A DNA stretch of 64,000 bases, from the NCBI GenBank assembly GCA_010405405.1, contig MU004230.1:2390627-2454626 (forward strand). The letters run 5' to 3'. Both the position numbers and the translations under genes were made by a program. Positions 11,414-24,409 of the stretch are shown one piece after another. This stretch comes from Microthyrium microscopicum. Lineage: Eukaryota. Position 1 is the stretch's first letter. Every line of letters begins with the position of its first letter. The notes under the pieces were generated by a model, which worked only from the letters and a program-made list of their open reading frames with translations, was not told the DNA's origin and searched no databases.

Positions 11414-14069
11414 TCATGTTGCTTGAGTCGTAACCATCACAAATTGTCCAATGCTCGGCACCCCATCGGCCAGTACAAACAACATGTAATATCCTGGCGG
11501 CGTGATGCTGCTGTTCGGAGGAACTGCAACGTTTATGAGCTGCGATCTGTCTCCAAGTTTGAATCCTGTATTGTCCAAATAAACCATACGATGGCCCATG
11601 TGTAAAGAATGGGTGACGAAGCCGGTATGGTACAAGATTACCTGAAATGTCTTTACAGTGTAGTTTGGCAAGTCGAGTATGAGTTTGAATGCGCTGCCAC
11701 CGGGAGTGATGGTCGGCGTGCCAGTAATTGTGAGGACTTGCACGTTTTTTGGACGGAGGTTTTTCTTGTCGCCGCTCAAGTATGACGGCGTGTATCGCTC
11801 GACTCTGAATTCCGTGATAAACGGATTCTGTGGTGTGGGTTGGAGGAGGGGCATCTCAACTGGGCCTGAGCCAGCGACCAGGATTGCTCCATCTGGAAGC
11901 ATGAGGCTTACAGAATGGTAGAGGCGAGGAATTTCGGATACTGCTCCTGTTGTCCATCGGGATCCCAAGGGCTGGTTAGGGTCATAAATAAGTGATTCTA
12001 AGGTTGGATTTGTTGCTTCTCCGAATCCTTGACCTCCTTGATTGGCACCGTTGAGCCAGAGAACTGTCCCATCCAGAAGCAGGTTGGCCTCCACCATAAC
12101 TCTTCCTTCCGGCATTGCGTCAAGCTCCCAGGTAGGACTCGTTGATGAGAGTGGCTGGATGCGTCCACACGAAGCATCCGTGGGTGCCGTGATATCTTGG
12201 TACGGACCTCCACCACAAACAATGATGTCAGGCGCGTAGTTGTTGGCACTACTTAGGGGTAGCATGACTGAGCCTCCAGTATTCGGATACGTGCGATAAT
12301 CTCCCAAAAGGTCCGGAAACTTGCTGATGACACCCAACTCTGCATTAAAACTTTGACTTGACTTTGCGGTAAACACAAAGAGATTCCCATCTTTCATTAA
12401 GTGAATGAACGGGTACATGTAGTATGGCTGAGTCTCAACGAGAATGTCCATAATCTCTGATATACCGTTGGATATTCCATTCTGGTCCAAAATCTCAAAT
12501 GTTGGGTTATTGTTTGCTGCAACAGAGGGATCGAGCCCGTTCAGGCTGCCAGAGGCAACGAATTGTCTTCCATCAGGTAGAATCTGGACTGATGGATACC
12601 AGCGAGGAGACGATAATTGATTACCAGGCTCACTCCAACCCTGGCCGTCCAAGCTCGCATTATATACTAATCTCTTCAGATAGCGGATGCCTCTGAAGCC
12701 GTTACCAACAGTGGGGTCTATAAAGGTGAGCGGTGCATTTCCACCAACAGAGACGACTCGTCCATCGGCCAAATGCATACCGCCAGCACAGAAAGCATTT
12801 GTCTTGAGCGCCAGCGGCTGCGCCAAATTAGTGTCTGGATCATACTCGGATGAGTATGCGTACTGGCCATTGGGAAGTTTGAGTTGAGTATAGTTCTCGA
12901 ATTTGTCAAGGAAAACAACCTTTCCATTTGGAAGAAGAGCGGCATGCATAGCAGGTACGCCAGATTGTCCTACAACTTGAAAGGATCCTGGATTTGGATT
13001 GACTGGAGCTGCATGTGGTCCTGGTACTCCCACAATTGGTGCGTCGGTACAAGGCCCCGATTGGCAGCCTGGGCCGCAATGGGCATTACTTTCGAATGGT
13101 TAGCAGACTCACATTATGCTACAGCTGAACCTACTCTGCTCCGCAGAACCCAAACATCGAACAACAGGGACCTTGCGGCCAATTGCCGCAATGCGTATCA
13201 CCAAATTTGTTTCCACAAGAACCATCATTGGTGATATTGAAAGCTGGTAGTGGTAACGTCGGTTCTGAACCCACGGACGTCGACGGGGAAGCCGGGGTCT
13301 CTGGAGGACTCGGAGAGATAGGTTCAGCTGAGCAATCAGACTGACACCCTTCACCACAGTGCGCCGGTCTTCCATTTGTTATCATATATATCGACCTTGA
13401 CGAGGAGAAAACTTACGAGTTGCCGCACCAACCATGGGACGAGCAGCAACTGCCCGGAGACCAATTGCCACAAACCGTTCCTCCATTCGCTGACCCACAT
13501 GTACCATCAGTTGTTGCTGGTTGCGTCACCGCTGGAGACTGGTTGGCAGTTGCTGTCTGTTCAGGCACGATACTCGCCGCCTGGGAGGAGGTGACAGACA
13601 GGACAAAGGTAGATTGTTGAGACGACTGGATCACAGCGTCGGCACTATTTGACGATTGACATGGTCCAGACTGACATCCGAAGCCGCAATGTGCACTCCT
13701 AAGGCTTGTGAGATATACACGGATAAGAAAATGTTTTACTTACGAGCTGCCGCACCAGCCATGTAACGAACAGCATTCGCCATCTGGCCATGATCCACAG
13801 ACGGTGTTCTCCTTGTGAAACCCACATGTTCCATCTGTTGTAACTTGTGCTGGTGGAGCTGGCGAAGAGACTTGACGTCGCTCCATCGCACTGTCAATTG
13901 GGACTGCTAGTCTGAAGTCTGCCTCACAGGACGTGCCAATGCAATGCTGGCCTTTGAGACATTTGTTGTACGCATCATCCTGGCTGCAAGCAGGCTGTAC
14001 CCAAGTGAAGTTGATATTTGCTAGTACGAGAGGTGTGATGCCAAAGATGGCTAGCATGAGCGTCTTCAT
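11414..14069 (-). CDS. Secreted copper radical oxidase (AA5_1, glyoxal oxidase-like) with three N-terminal CBM18 (hevein-like chitin-binding) modules; 4 exons
   Basis: Signal peptide MKTLMLAIFGITPLVLA, then three DGxCG...CGxWxxGxCCSxxGW/FCG...HCGxGCQS modules split by introns. Catalytic motifs NAFCAGG, PRWYPS, RLYHS and FVTHS are present. Confidence 0.93.
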
Positions 14070-14589
14070 CTTTAGGTTTGAATATGAGATGGTGATGAGA
14101 AGCGAATCGATGGTATGTTGGTATGATTGAGTGAAGAGTTGGTAGACAACAGATGGTAGTAGTTTGGTTCCAGAGCGCAGACACCAGAAAAAATTACAGA
14201 ACAAGAAGGAAGGATGTAAACTGAAACGAGTGAACATTACCATAGAGAAAGGGGAAACTGCTACCAGCTATTGAAAGCAGGTAGCGTCGATCAGAGAAAT
14301 TCGTGCGTTTAAGTAAGTTAATTCTTTCCTGATGGTGAAGCATGCAGGTGTTATGTCCTGTATGATCAGTCCTTGCTGCCGAGTCCGAGTACTTACTTTC
14401 AGACATCACGAATGCCCTCCTCCTTTCTAGAGTTCGTGACTTGCCATAGATTTGAAATGGCTTGTATATTATATACTAATGTCTACTTCGATAATACGGC
14501 TATTGCTTCGCTGCACAAATGTAACATGACACCCGAGCAATCCCGATTGTCGGATGGATAAGGAAGACTGATGGCATAGAATAGATGTT

Positions 14590-15075
14590 TTATTCTGTAG
14601 CTGTGTACTTGTATACCATGCCCAGGCTGTTGGGCGCTGTTTCCACAAAGCCGTTGTTTGCATATAGTTTCCGTCCAGGTGGATCCGCTAAAAGGCTGAT
14701 ATACGGACTGGCAGGAACACGTTCCTTGATTTCATTGAGCAGGTTGTTGATGATGATCTTGCCGAGTCCTTTGCGCTGATGGTCCGGATGCACTGCCATG
14801 TCGGCAATATGGAAGTACCAGCCTCCATCTCCAATGATTCGACCCATGCCAATGACTTCTCCGCTTGGTTGATGAGTTATTATAACGCCTGAAAGTCATT
14901 AGTGCTGAATCACCACAGTACACACGGGACCAATCTTACCATACCAAGAGTTTGCTGGGACAGGTTCAGCCTGCTCTCTAGTCTTGGGGCTCAATCCAGA
15001 AATTTGTCGAAGATGCATGTATGCCTCAATGGAGGGATATCCAGCGCTGGTGATGTACTCGTTTTCTGAAGACAT
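14590..15075 (-). CDS. GNAT family N-acetyltransferase (AttT-like); 1 intron
   Basis: Contains YMHLRQISGLSPKT, GMGRIIGDGGWYFHIADMAVHPDHQRKGLG (acetyl-CoA binding motif A) and LYANNGF. GTAAGA...CTAAT...CAG intron at about 14939-14889. Confidence 0.88.
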
Positions 15076-15982
15076 GATTTGAGTGATGACAAGTTTTGGG
15101 CAGGAGGGATTGGATGTGCTTTGTAAATCGCTCAATTTGGCAGATTGGCAGACTTGATGCAATAATGCTGTGAAGGTACTATATAAGCTATTTTGCTATG
15201 CAGCTCAATGGGAATGCGGCATCATGGCTCCAGACATCGGGCCGCAGATTGAACCAATTTAGGCATCCGATGGATTGATTATCAAGCAGACCTTTGGCTT
15301 CAAAACACTCTGACTCACTTAGAACAAAGTTAGTATCTACATATGAGGTAAGTGATGAAAAATGGCAGGTTGAAGCAGTCTAGAATGTCGACATTAGGCT
15401 GCACACCACCCCTGTCATCGTCCTTCGCGAGTCGGAGTTTGAACTGGAGCCCGGCCGTCTGCATCTGGTGGGCAACATGATTGTGGATGGTACCCATCAG
15501 CCATTATGCTTGATCATTGATGACAGAAAAGTACCTTGCAAAAAACATGAAATATAGAGAAAACTAAAAGTTGAGCCACCTCAACGTTTGAAATCGTAGA
15601 AAACCCCTATTGAGGAAGGCGATATAAAAGTCGAAGATCACGTGGTTCAGCGCGTGGTTCAGTGACGCGACTCCAATTACATCGCGACTTTTTGCCAATT
15701 ACTCCTCAAACCATCCCATTATTGCCTTTGTCCATCTTCTTCATCAGAATAATTCTAAATTTCGCGCAACTGCAAGGTTCTTAGTTCCTTGCTACAAAGT
15801 ACGTCATGAAATAATTGACACTCTTCCGCCTCAAAGCCGCGATGTCTATTTTATAGCTAACACTTGCGCAGCTCACTAGCCGGAGCTTGCTCCTCCAAAC
15901 CTCACTTCCTACTTCACTCCAAGCGCATAACATCTACCACAAACAACATCACTAGTCAGCGTTGACAGCTGCATAACTAAAC

Positions 15983-18900
15983 ATGGCCGACGATGGCGGA
16001 ATTACGATGAACGCAGAGCAGTTCCACACTCGGCTCTCAACCTTTTGCACCGCATGGAAGAATGACAAGCGTGCCGGAGATGCCATCTTTGGTGGCGCAG
16101 GCTCCATCGTCATTCCCGTGGGCAAAGCTACAGATACTACCTACACCAAAACTGCTTCATTCCAGGTTAGCATACAATCTCTGGACGAGATGATTAAAGT
16201 CCTCTGTGGTTATAATTGCTAATGAATTCTAGATGTGGCTTTTTGGATACGAGTTCCCTTCTGTTATCATGGCTCTCACTCCAGAGGCATTCCATATTAT
16301 TGCCACCAAGAAAAAGGCCAAGCACCTCGAAAAGCTTGCAAAAGGCAAGATTCCTGTGAAGATTTACATTCGCGCGAAAGACGCCGAAGAAAACGAGAAA
16401 CAGTTCAAGGATCTACTCGAGGTTGCCAAGAGCGGTGGGGATAAAGTTGGAACGTTGACAAAAGAAACCCCCGAAGGTTCACTTCCTGCTGAGTGGCTAA
16501 AATACTGGGACGACAACAAGGACGGTCTCGAGGAAGTCGACATTGCTCAGGCAATCTCGACTGCAGCTCTTGCTATCAAAGATGAGACCGAGCTACGGTC
16601 AACCCGGGATGCCTCCCGTGCATCCTCAAAGATTCTCCAATCCTACTTTGTCGAAGAAATGGCTGGTATTCTTGATGAGGAAAAGAAAATCAGTCACGCT
16701 GCTTTGGCTTCAAAAGTGAGTGAAGTCATTGACAAAGACAAATTCTGGGCCAAGCAAAGCATCTCCAAAGCCTTCGATTCCTCTGGTCTAGATTGGGCTA
16801 CAATGCCCAAGATTTACAGTGGCGGTATTTATGATCTTGATTTCAAAACTGAGCCAGATCAAAAGATCCTCCACGCTGGAACCATTGTAGCTGGTGTCGG
16901 CATGCGTTATAACACCTACTCCTCGTTGGTTGCACGTAGCTACCTTGTGGACCCGACCAAAACCCAGGAAGCAAACTACAAGTTGCTCTTGTCGGTGCAC
17001 GAACAAGTTATCAAGTCAATCAAAGATGGTGTCACGGCCAAGGACCTTTACGCCAAGGCCATTGCCGCAGTCAAGGCCAAAAAACCCGAACTAGCGGACA
17101 AGTTCCTCAAATCCGTCGGGTACGGGATCGGAATTGAGACATTGGATTCCACCCTTCAACTCACAGCCAAATCAGCACGAACCCTTAAGGACGGAATGAC
17201 TCTCGTTATCCAGACCGGGTTCACCGACCTTGACAACAAAGATTCAAAGGACAAGCGTAACCAGACATACTCCTTGACCTTGGCTGATACAGTCCGTGTG
17301 ACTATCTCGGACGCGGCCATCTTCACCAAAGATGTCTCCTCCGATTGGGACAGCGTTTCATTCTTCTTCAAAGATGACGAGGAGCCAACACCAAAGAAGG
17401 TTGTTCATCGTGATTCACGCATTGGAGGCGTGGCACAGCAAAATATCAAGTCAACTAGACTTCGCCAAGAACGCCAGGCAAATCATGACCCGCAGAAGGA
17501 GATGAAATTAAGAGAACATCAGAAAGAGCTGCATGAACGCCGTTTAAAACAGGGTCTTGAGAAGTACTCCAAGAAAAGCAACTCAGCGAATGGCAGCGAT
17601 GAAAAGACTTTCAAGCAATTCGAGTCTTACAAACGTGATGAACAAATCCCTTCTAAGGTAAAGGAAATGGGCATCTGTCTCGATCAAAAGGCTTCCACTG
17701 TCATTCTGCCAATCATGGGCCGCCCAGTCCCATTTCACATCAACACGATCAAAAACGCTAGCTCCACTTCTGAAGGCGACTTTACTTCTCTCCGCATCAA
17801 CTTCTTATCTCCCGGTCAAGGTGTTGGTCGCAAAGACGACATGCCCTTTGAAGATCCCAATGCTCAGTTCGTGAGAAGCTTGACATATCGATCCCACGAT
17901 GCTTCGCGTATGGAGAAGCTTTCCCAACAGATCACGGAAATGAAGAAGGAAGCTGTGCGTCGTGATCAAGAGAAGAAGCAGATGGAAGATGTTATTGAGC
18001 AGGACAAACTCGTTGCCGAGCGTCGCCCTCAGAAGCTGGACAACGTATACTTACGTCCCAATATCGATACGAAACGCGTTGCCGGTCACATTGAAATACA
18101 TACCAATGGTATCCGCTATGTTCATGGCAACACAAACAGTCAGCTCAATAGGACTACTGTTGATGTGCTCTTCAACAACGTCAAACACATGTTCTTTCAA
18201 CCCACAACTGGAGAGATGATTGTACTCATCCATTTCCATTTGCACAATCCCATCATGATTGGAAAGCGCAAGACGAAAGATGTACAATTCTTCCGAGAGG
18301 CCACAGACATGGCATTTGACGAGACTGGCACACGTAAGCGCAAGCATCGCTATGGTGACGAGGACGAGTTTGAGCAGGAACAAGAAGAGAAGCGACGCCG
18401 AAATGACCTCGACAAACTCTTCAAGGGCTTTGCCCAAAAAATTGAGGCATCTGCCCCTGTGGACACATTGAAGACCGATATTCCCATACGCAAGCTCGGC
18501 TTCAACGGTGTTCCTAGCCGTTCCAACGTCCTAGTTCTGCCAACTCCCGATGCTCTAGTTCAACTAACTGAACCACCCTTCTTAGTCGTCACTCTTTTGG
18601 ATATTGAGTTTGTTCATCTCGAGCGCGTTACTGTAAGTTGTCAATAATTCTTTCTCCCATTCAATCTACTAATCTCTGGCAGTTCGGGCTCAAGAATTTT
18701 GACATGGTCATTATCTTCAAGGACTTCTCTCGCCCGGTGCAGCACGTGAATACCATTCCTGTTGAATCCCTCGACGCAGTCAAAGAGTGGCTCGACAGCT
18801 GCGAAATCCCCTTCCACACCGGAACACTCAATCTCCAGTGGAACACTATCATGAAGACTGTCACCGCTGATCCTCATGCGTTCTTCGCTGAGGGAGGCTG

Positions 18901-19204
18901 GCGCTTCCTATCCTCCGAATCAGATGATGAGGGCGCTGATGAGAGCGAGGAAGAGAGTGCCTTTGAAATGTCCGGGGATGACTTTGGCTCCGAGGCGAGC
19001 AGTGAAGAGGAGAGCGACTTTGACGAGAATGCCAGCCAAGATGCTGATGATGATGATGTGAGTGATATCAGCGAGGCTCCCAGCTGGGAAGAGCTTGATC
19101 GCAAGGCGGCTGCTAAAGATCGTAATGGTGATCTTGATGAGGAAGAGGATAGGCCAAAGAAGAGCAAGGGTAAGAGTGCGCCCTCGAACAAGCGCAAGCG
19201 TTAG
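15983..19204 (+). CDS. SPT16: FACT complex subunit Spt16; exons 15983-16165, 16233-18632, 18683-19204
   Basis: WLFGYEFP N-terminus, peptidase-M24-like domain, [15 protein letters not shown], [15 protein letters not shown] and an acidic C-terminal tail. A probable 5'UTR intron lies at about 15799-15871. Confidence 0.97.
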
Positions 19205-20092
19205 ATTGTGCCCTAGTTCGTAACGGCTGCTCCTGAAGCGTTGGTGGCTGTTGTTCTATTGATTGCGATTTTTATCGGCTGAAGAAAGTGTTCTTGTTTG
19301 TAATAACGGCCTTCACAGCGTCCTGCTGCTTGATTATAAAATGATAGTCATTGCTTTGCATATCCTTTATCTCATCTACCCAATTGCTATCAATGCGCTT
19401 ACAGTGTGACACAAAGCACTACAAAGTGGAACACAATCAGACTATCAATAATCGCAGCTATTTCATCTTACATATGAACAATCTAAGCTGTGGACTATCT
19501 AGAACGGAAGGAATCGCTCAAGAGCGCTGCCGACTTCATTCTTCACTCTCTACAAGAGACGGCTACAGCAATCGGTGGTTCATCTGCAACGCCTGTTTAC
19601 ATGTGCTTGCTGGTTCGAGAGGCGCCAATTCCTATATACAGGCCAGTGACTTACTAGACCTTCTACGACGCAGTCTGAGCCAAGTCTGAAATTCACGGAG
19701 CATCAGTAGTGACGGCAGGAAAAGTTAGGTGGTCAACATCGTCCATGTTGAAGTGACTAGCACCTAAAATTCGCCAGTCACTACATTTTACCTCCTTGGA
19801 AGAATCTGGATACCTACTCGAGTATATATAACAAGCTCAAGTGAATCATCTGCTTTCTCCTGCAGTGAAACTAATCGGTCACCTCTTCAATATCGTCCCT
19901 ATAAAACATTTCGAGAATCAACATGAAGTTCGTCTTCTCCAACTCCTTCCACCCAACTTCTTCCACCACTCAGCTTTTCAAACACCCGTCATTTTCGTCC
20001 TTGCATCAAATCGCTATCAGAACGCAAACCGCATCAAAGTACCCGCCACTCTCAAAAAGTTGAAACAAAAAAAAGAACAGCAACTACCAGCA

Positions 20093-20464
20093 ATGACTAT
20101 TCCAGAGGTTCGTAACGATGTTCCCACGGAAAACGAGATCTGGGCCTTGAAAGACCACATCAGCCACGTTCGGATTACCTTACGAGGCCTGATCGACTGC
20201 CTGCCTGAAGAAGAGGATTCACTTACACCAATTCCCGATGAAGTCACTCACGACAACCTTGAGGAGATGTCAGGCCTTCCTATCTTCTCTCGCCAATACA
20301 TAGGACGTATACACGCGGAAACCAATCTGGCGCGTATCTATATGTCCGACGATGCTCTGGAGTCATGTGTGCGACTTTCGATTGCGCACATGATACTCCA
20401 GGGAGCAGAAGGGGCTACTCTTCGATTGCAGAGCACAATTGAATTTCAGGAGATGATAGAGTAG
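20093..20464 (+). CDS. Hypothetical protein, 123 aa (orphan paralog A)
   Basis: Intronless ORF from ATG 20093 (MTIPEVRND) with clear similarity to the neighbouring ORF 21518-22015. Confidence 0.7.
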   Translation: MTIPEVRNDVPTENEIWALKDHISHVRITLRGLIDCLPEEEDSLTPIPDEVTHDNLEEMSGLPIFSRQYIGRIHAETNLARIYMSDDALESCVRLSIAHMILQGAEGATLRLQSTIEFQEMIE

Positions 20465-21517
20465 GTCCAGCTGGGGACACTGCTCTGTGCAAGGAGATTG
20501 GAGTTGTCGCTGCAGTTGTGCACAAAACGGCATAGAATCACGGTATGTTAGCAACTATTCTCTCAAAGTTCAAGGCGGCTAACACTTTCTTCAGCGATGT
20601 GAACGTTGGTTGGTTCTGTTTCCTACAATCCATATTGCGAAATGGTATCAAAAATGATGAGGATGGATACTATACAATAATTCACAAGCATTGCTGTAAA
20701 CTTGATGTTCAAGCGCGAGACATTCGAGTCATGAGTACTAGATTCTCAACCGTTTGACAGAATGATTGGTGCTCTCCCATAGATTATGAAATCTGCCATC
20801 AAATCTCACGGTATAGAGTGACCATGTACTGTACCGAGTCCTGTTCATGCAGATATAAGCTGTCCATTTTTTATTTCCCTGGAATTTCTGATCTCCTGCT
20901 GCCTTGGATGGTACCGGGAAGACGGCGAAAGAAATCAATCTGCGACGGTCTCAACATGCTTGCCTGTCTTCGCCCGAGCCTAATTGTTTGCTTGATCCAC
21001 AGGCACACCAACTCTATTTGTCCCAGTGATTAGATTCTTTGACAAAGGCAATTGCAAAGAAAAGGAAGGTACATAAATGGTGATACCCATTTTAGCACCT
21101 CGTACGCTGGCACAAAGAGTTCGCCTGAAGCGATATACATCAAGTTGTTGACTGAACTATAAATTCATAATGAGACGTTTCGCCCGTGTCAAGACAGTCG
21201 AAACTATCGATATAGAGATTAACAACCAGAATGTTTCGTCCAGTATATACAAAAGATTCTACTTTAATCCATCATTTTGTCGCTGAGGAAGGCTCAAGTT
21301 GAGGTGCATGAGAGGTATCTAGCACCTGGAATTGCGAAGTGAATGAATGCTGTCACCTCAAGCGGACTGTCACCTTAACTATTTAGGCGGTTTATTGCTA
21401 AAGCTTGCAGTTGATGAAACAACGCGTATCTCCAATACAACTTGCATCATTTCTTCCGCTTCTTCCTATCAACTTCCTCACCTAAAGTTCACCCGCCACT
21501 ATTGCAACTTCGTCACC

Positions 21518-22015
21518 ATGAGAGAAGAGCTACCCCCAACGAATGCCGCAGGCGAAGAGCTGACAATTGAGGAGACTGTGAGTCGCTTCAATCTACAAAT
21601 CATAAACAACAACACGATGGAGGCTCCACAGACTGCAGTCGGCCCATTCGGTAATCGATGGAATGGCGCCGCCACTATCCAAGAAGTCGCCTCAGCACGA
21701 CAAATGATTGAGGAGATTTTCGAGAGCTTGAAGAACAGCATCAGTTCTTTACCTCCCCTCCAATTGCTTCTGGGAGAACTTCCAATCGCGCACGACGATC
21801 TGCGAGATATGCGTGGCCAATCTATCACCTCTCGCCAATATCTGCGTCGCATAGTCAACGAAGCGAACTTGGCGCTAGACTTGATGTTAGACAATAGCCT
21901 CAGTCTACCTTCACGTCTTTTCACTGCGTTTGAAGTAGTAGCTGCAGCGTCGGATGCAGTATTTGCCACATGGGAAGTATACGAGGAAGCGCTGACGAAC
22001 CAGATTCCACGCTGA
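21518..22015 (+). CDS. Hypothetical protein, 165 aa (orphan paralog B)
   Basis: ATG in a good context (CACCATG). Shares HDxLxxMxGxxIxSRQYxxRIxxExNLAxxxMxDxxL...RL with paralog A. Confidence 0.7.
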   Translation: MREELPPTNAAGEELTIEETVSRFNLQIINNNTMEAPQTAVGPFGNRWNGAATIQEVASARQMIEEIFESLKNSISSLPPLQLLLGELPIAHDDLRDMRGQSITSRQYLRRIVNEANLALDLMLDNSLSLPSRLFTAFEVVAAASDAVFATWEVYEEALTNQIPR

Positions 22016-23324
22016 TAATGGTCGAGCTGCTCTTTCAAGTACATCCTTCATCGTGATCGAGATCTTAGTACACAAATGTAAGTGACCCTGAATATACACA
22101 AGAGCAAGAGAGATCTGGATTCTAACATGACTCAGGAGTGTCTTTTGACCCTCCGTGTGTACCTCATAATCACACTGCCTTAGCCGCTGTCCGCGAAGTC
22201 TGTACCAACGACCTGCCTAAGATGAGCTGTTTGTTGTTTCATAGACGTTATACATGAGCCAGATGTATTTCATAATGGCCACAGCAGTAGTCGTCAATAC
22301 CGCTGAATATGGTCCTTTCTGCGCCTTCCCCGACCATGTAACACCATTAGATCTACAATGTAGGATTAATTCACAGTTCGGCATAGTAGATAACAATTAA
22401 GACTTACCATACAAAAACCCAGGAGTAATGCTGTAGACTTGGTGTCCGATTGCAAGACCTTCTAGATTCACGAGTACTCATCTACCGCCCACAACGTCTC
22501 CCATTGAACCTCGTAGTAAGCTTGCGCTTCACATCCCGGGATGATAGATAGTCTGTCTGGCGATCTAAGCCTTCGACAGGTATAAAGCACTCACTGACCG
22601 AGCAAAGCAGGCAGGCAAGGCAGGATTCAAAGAAAGCAATGGGAACAGTAGCCAGCGGCGTCACTGAGATCTCGCGAGTTCCCACTGAAGCAAAACCAAG
22701 CAGTCCATTTTTTGCACCCGTACCTCAGCGCTAAAATCTATGCTTGCCCAAACCGGACAGGAGCTCGTAGCTTGCATTATTCTGAGGCAGTGCAGGATGC
22801 ATGGGGTTGAAAAGCTCTTGATGCTACCGCATGGAGACACCGCCCCTCTATCCATTGATATCCACTCGCGCGAACAGCTACTGTAACCTTGAAGCTCCAG
22901 ATTCGGGTACCTGTTTTTAGAATCTAAACTGACGAACATTCGCTGATATATCAAATTTGGAGAAACGGTATATAAATCAAGAACGACATCAAGCAGTTGG
23001 GTTGGAACTTACATATCCACAACTTTTCATCTCGTTACTCCACAATTGATAGCTACTAGTACTGGAAAAAGCCCACCCTTTGAGTAAACAAATACCTTGA
23101 CATTGCGAACGAATTTGTAACCTTATTACGCTTTCCGCAAAGGGGTTTTCAGCATCGTGCCTACCATTCGCCCTCGCTTCAGTCTTAAGCGCTCCGGCTG
23201 CCTGGTCACACATATATATCTCAACTCGACGTGCAGCTTTCAGAGCGACCACCGTCCGCTCAGGCGCTATACAGTCGCATCAGAATCATTCCTCTACGTC
23301 GACTGCTGGCATCAAACATCAACC

Positions 23325-24069
23325 ATGCCGCCTTTCAACATCCTCCCCGTCGAGGAGGCTGACCTCCTCGAAGTCGTCCATGTCAGATACGAGGCCTATG
23401 CACCCCACCTCACAGTCCTTTGGCACCGAAAACCCAGCGAAGAAACCTTCAAGCAGCTAGCCAGCGAAATGGCGGAAAGCCTTAACTCCAAAACTGGAGC
23501 CATGTTCAAAGCCGTCGACGTAGAGACTGGCCGCATGGCAGGTGTATCGAGCTGGAAGGTGTATGAAACGACGCCTTCAGTGGAAGAACTAGAAGAGAGC
23601 TTTGAGGACCGATCTTTTCCCGAAGAATACAATGCTGAGGCTCGCGCAGCGTTCATGGCGAATATTCTGCAGGCGCGCAAGGACTATGCGATACAGCGCC
23701 CGAATGTCTCACTGGACAGCTTGACTGTGAGTCCGGACTTTCAGCGAAGGGGGGTGGGTAGGCTGTTGATGCAGTGGGGTATGGACAAGGCCGATAAGTA
23801 TGTGGTTGAAGCAGGTTGGAAGGTGCGATTGCTGATTTGACATAGGCTGGGATTAGAAAACTATCTTGAGGCTAGTCAAGCTGGCAAGAAGCTCTACGAA
23901 AGTTGCGGTTTTAGGGCAATCAAGGAAATGCAGTTTGATATGCGCCCATGGGGAGTTGAGCGCACTGCCATCCACGCTGTAAGTCTATCAAATCAGTCAT
24001 GATACTCTGTACAATAGCTTACCAAGCCAGGTGATGTTTCGACAGCCGGTGCAGGCAAAATCGGATTGA
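23325..24069 (+). CDS. Fungal GNAT family acetyltransferase; 3 exons
   Basis: MPPFNILPVEEADL start, LDSLTVSPDFQRRGVGRLLMQWG, and spliced YLEASQAGKKLYESCGF. Introns at about 23798-23844 and 23979-24030. Confidence 0.88.
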
Positions 24070-24409
24070 GTTGGTGTAAGATCTGGCTAGGTCTGCAAAT
24101 GTTTTACGACTGTGGCGTGGCGTGGCGTCAATCCATGTATTGGGCGGCTTTCTAGCTGCAGAGACAGCGACATAGTATGGAGCAGCGACAGCAGCAAACA
24201 AGTTGTTAGGATTGTTCGCTGCTGAGGAAAAATCTCAGTCGCCAGTTTGGTGGAGATCCTGCTATCTGTACAATGTACTCGACCTAATCGCACGATCGAT
24301 CTGGCATATGTAAAGGTATTTGCATTGGTTTTCACTAGACATACAAGTCAACGATGCTAGGTATCTCTAGACAAAAGAAAGGTCCCATTCTATCTTGCGT
24401 ATATTGAGT

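Noticed and set aside
13740..14243. Start at 14243 for the CBM18-AA5 gene
   Set aside because: The signal peptide begins at ATG 14069, and the upstream extension looks like 5'UTR.
19841..20092. N-terminal extension of ORF 19841-20464 (likewise 21347-21517)
   Set aside because: Pyrimidine-rich and A-rich leader-like sequence with no protein similarity between the paralogs. The 19841 start is GTG.
21499..22044. 181-aa minus-strand ORF
   Set aside because: It is antisense to paralog B, whose strand is supported by homology to paralog A.
22480..23150. Possible decayed BTB-like gene on the minus strand
   Set aside because: Only a vague few-residue resemblance amid many stops, so it is not supportable.
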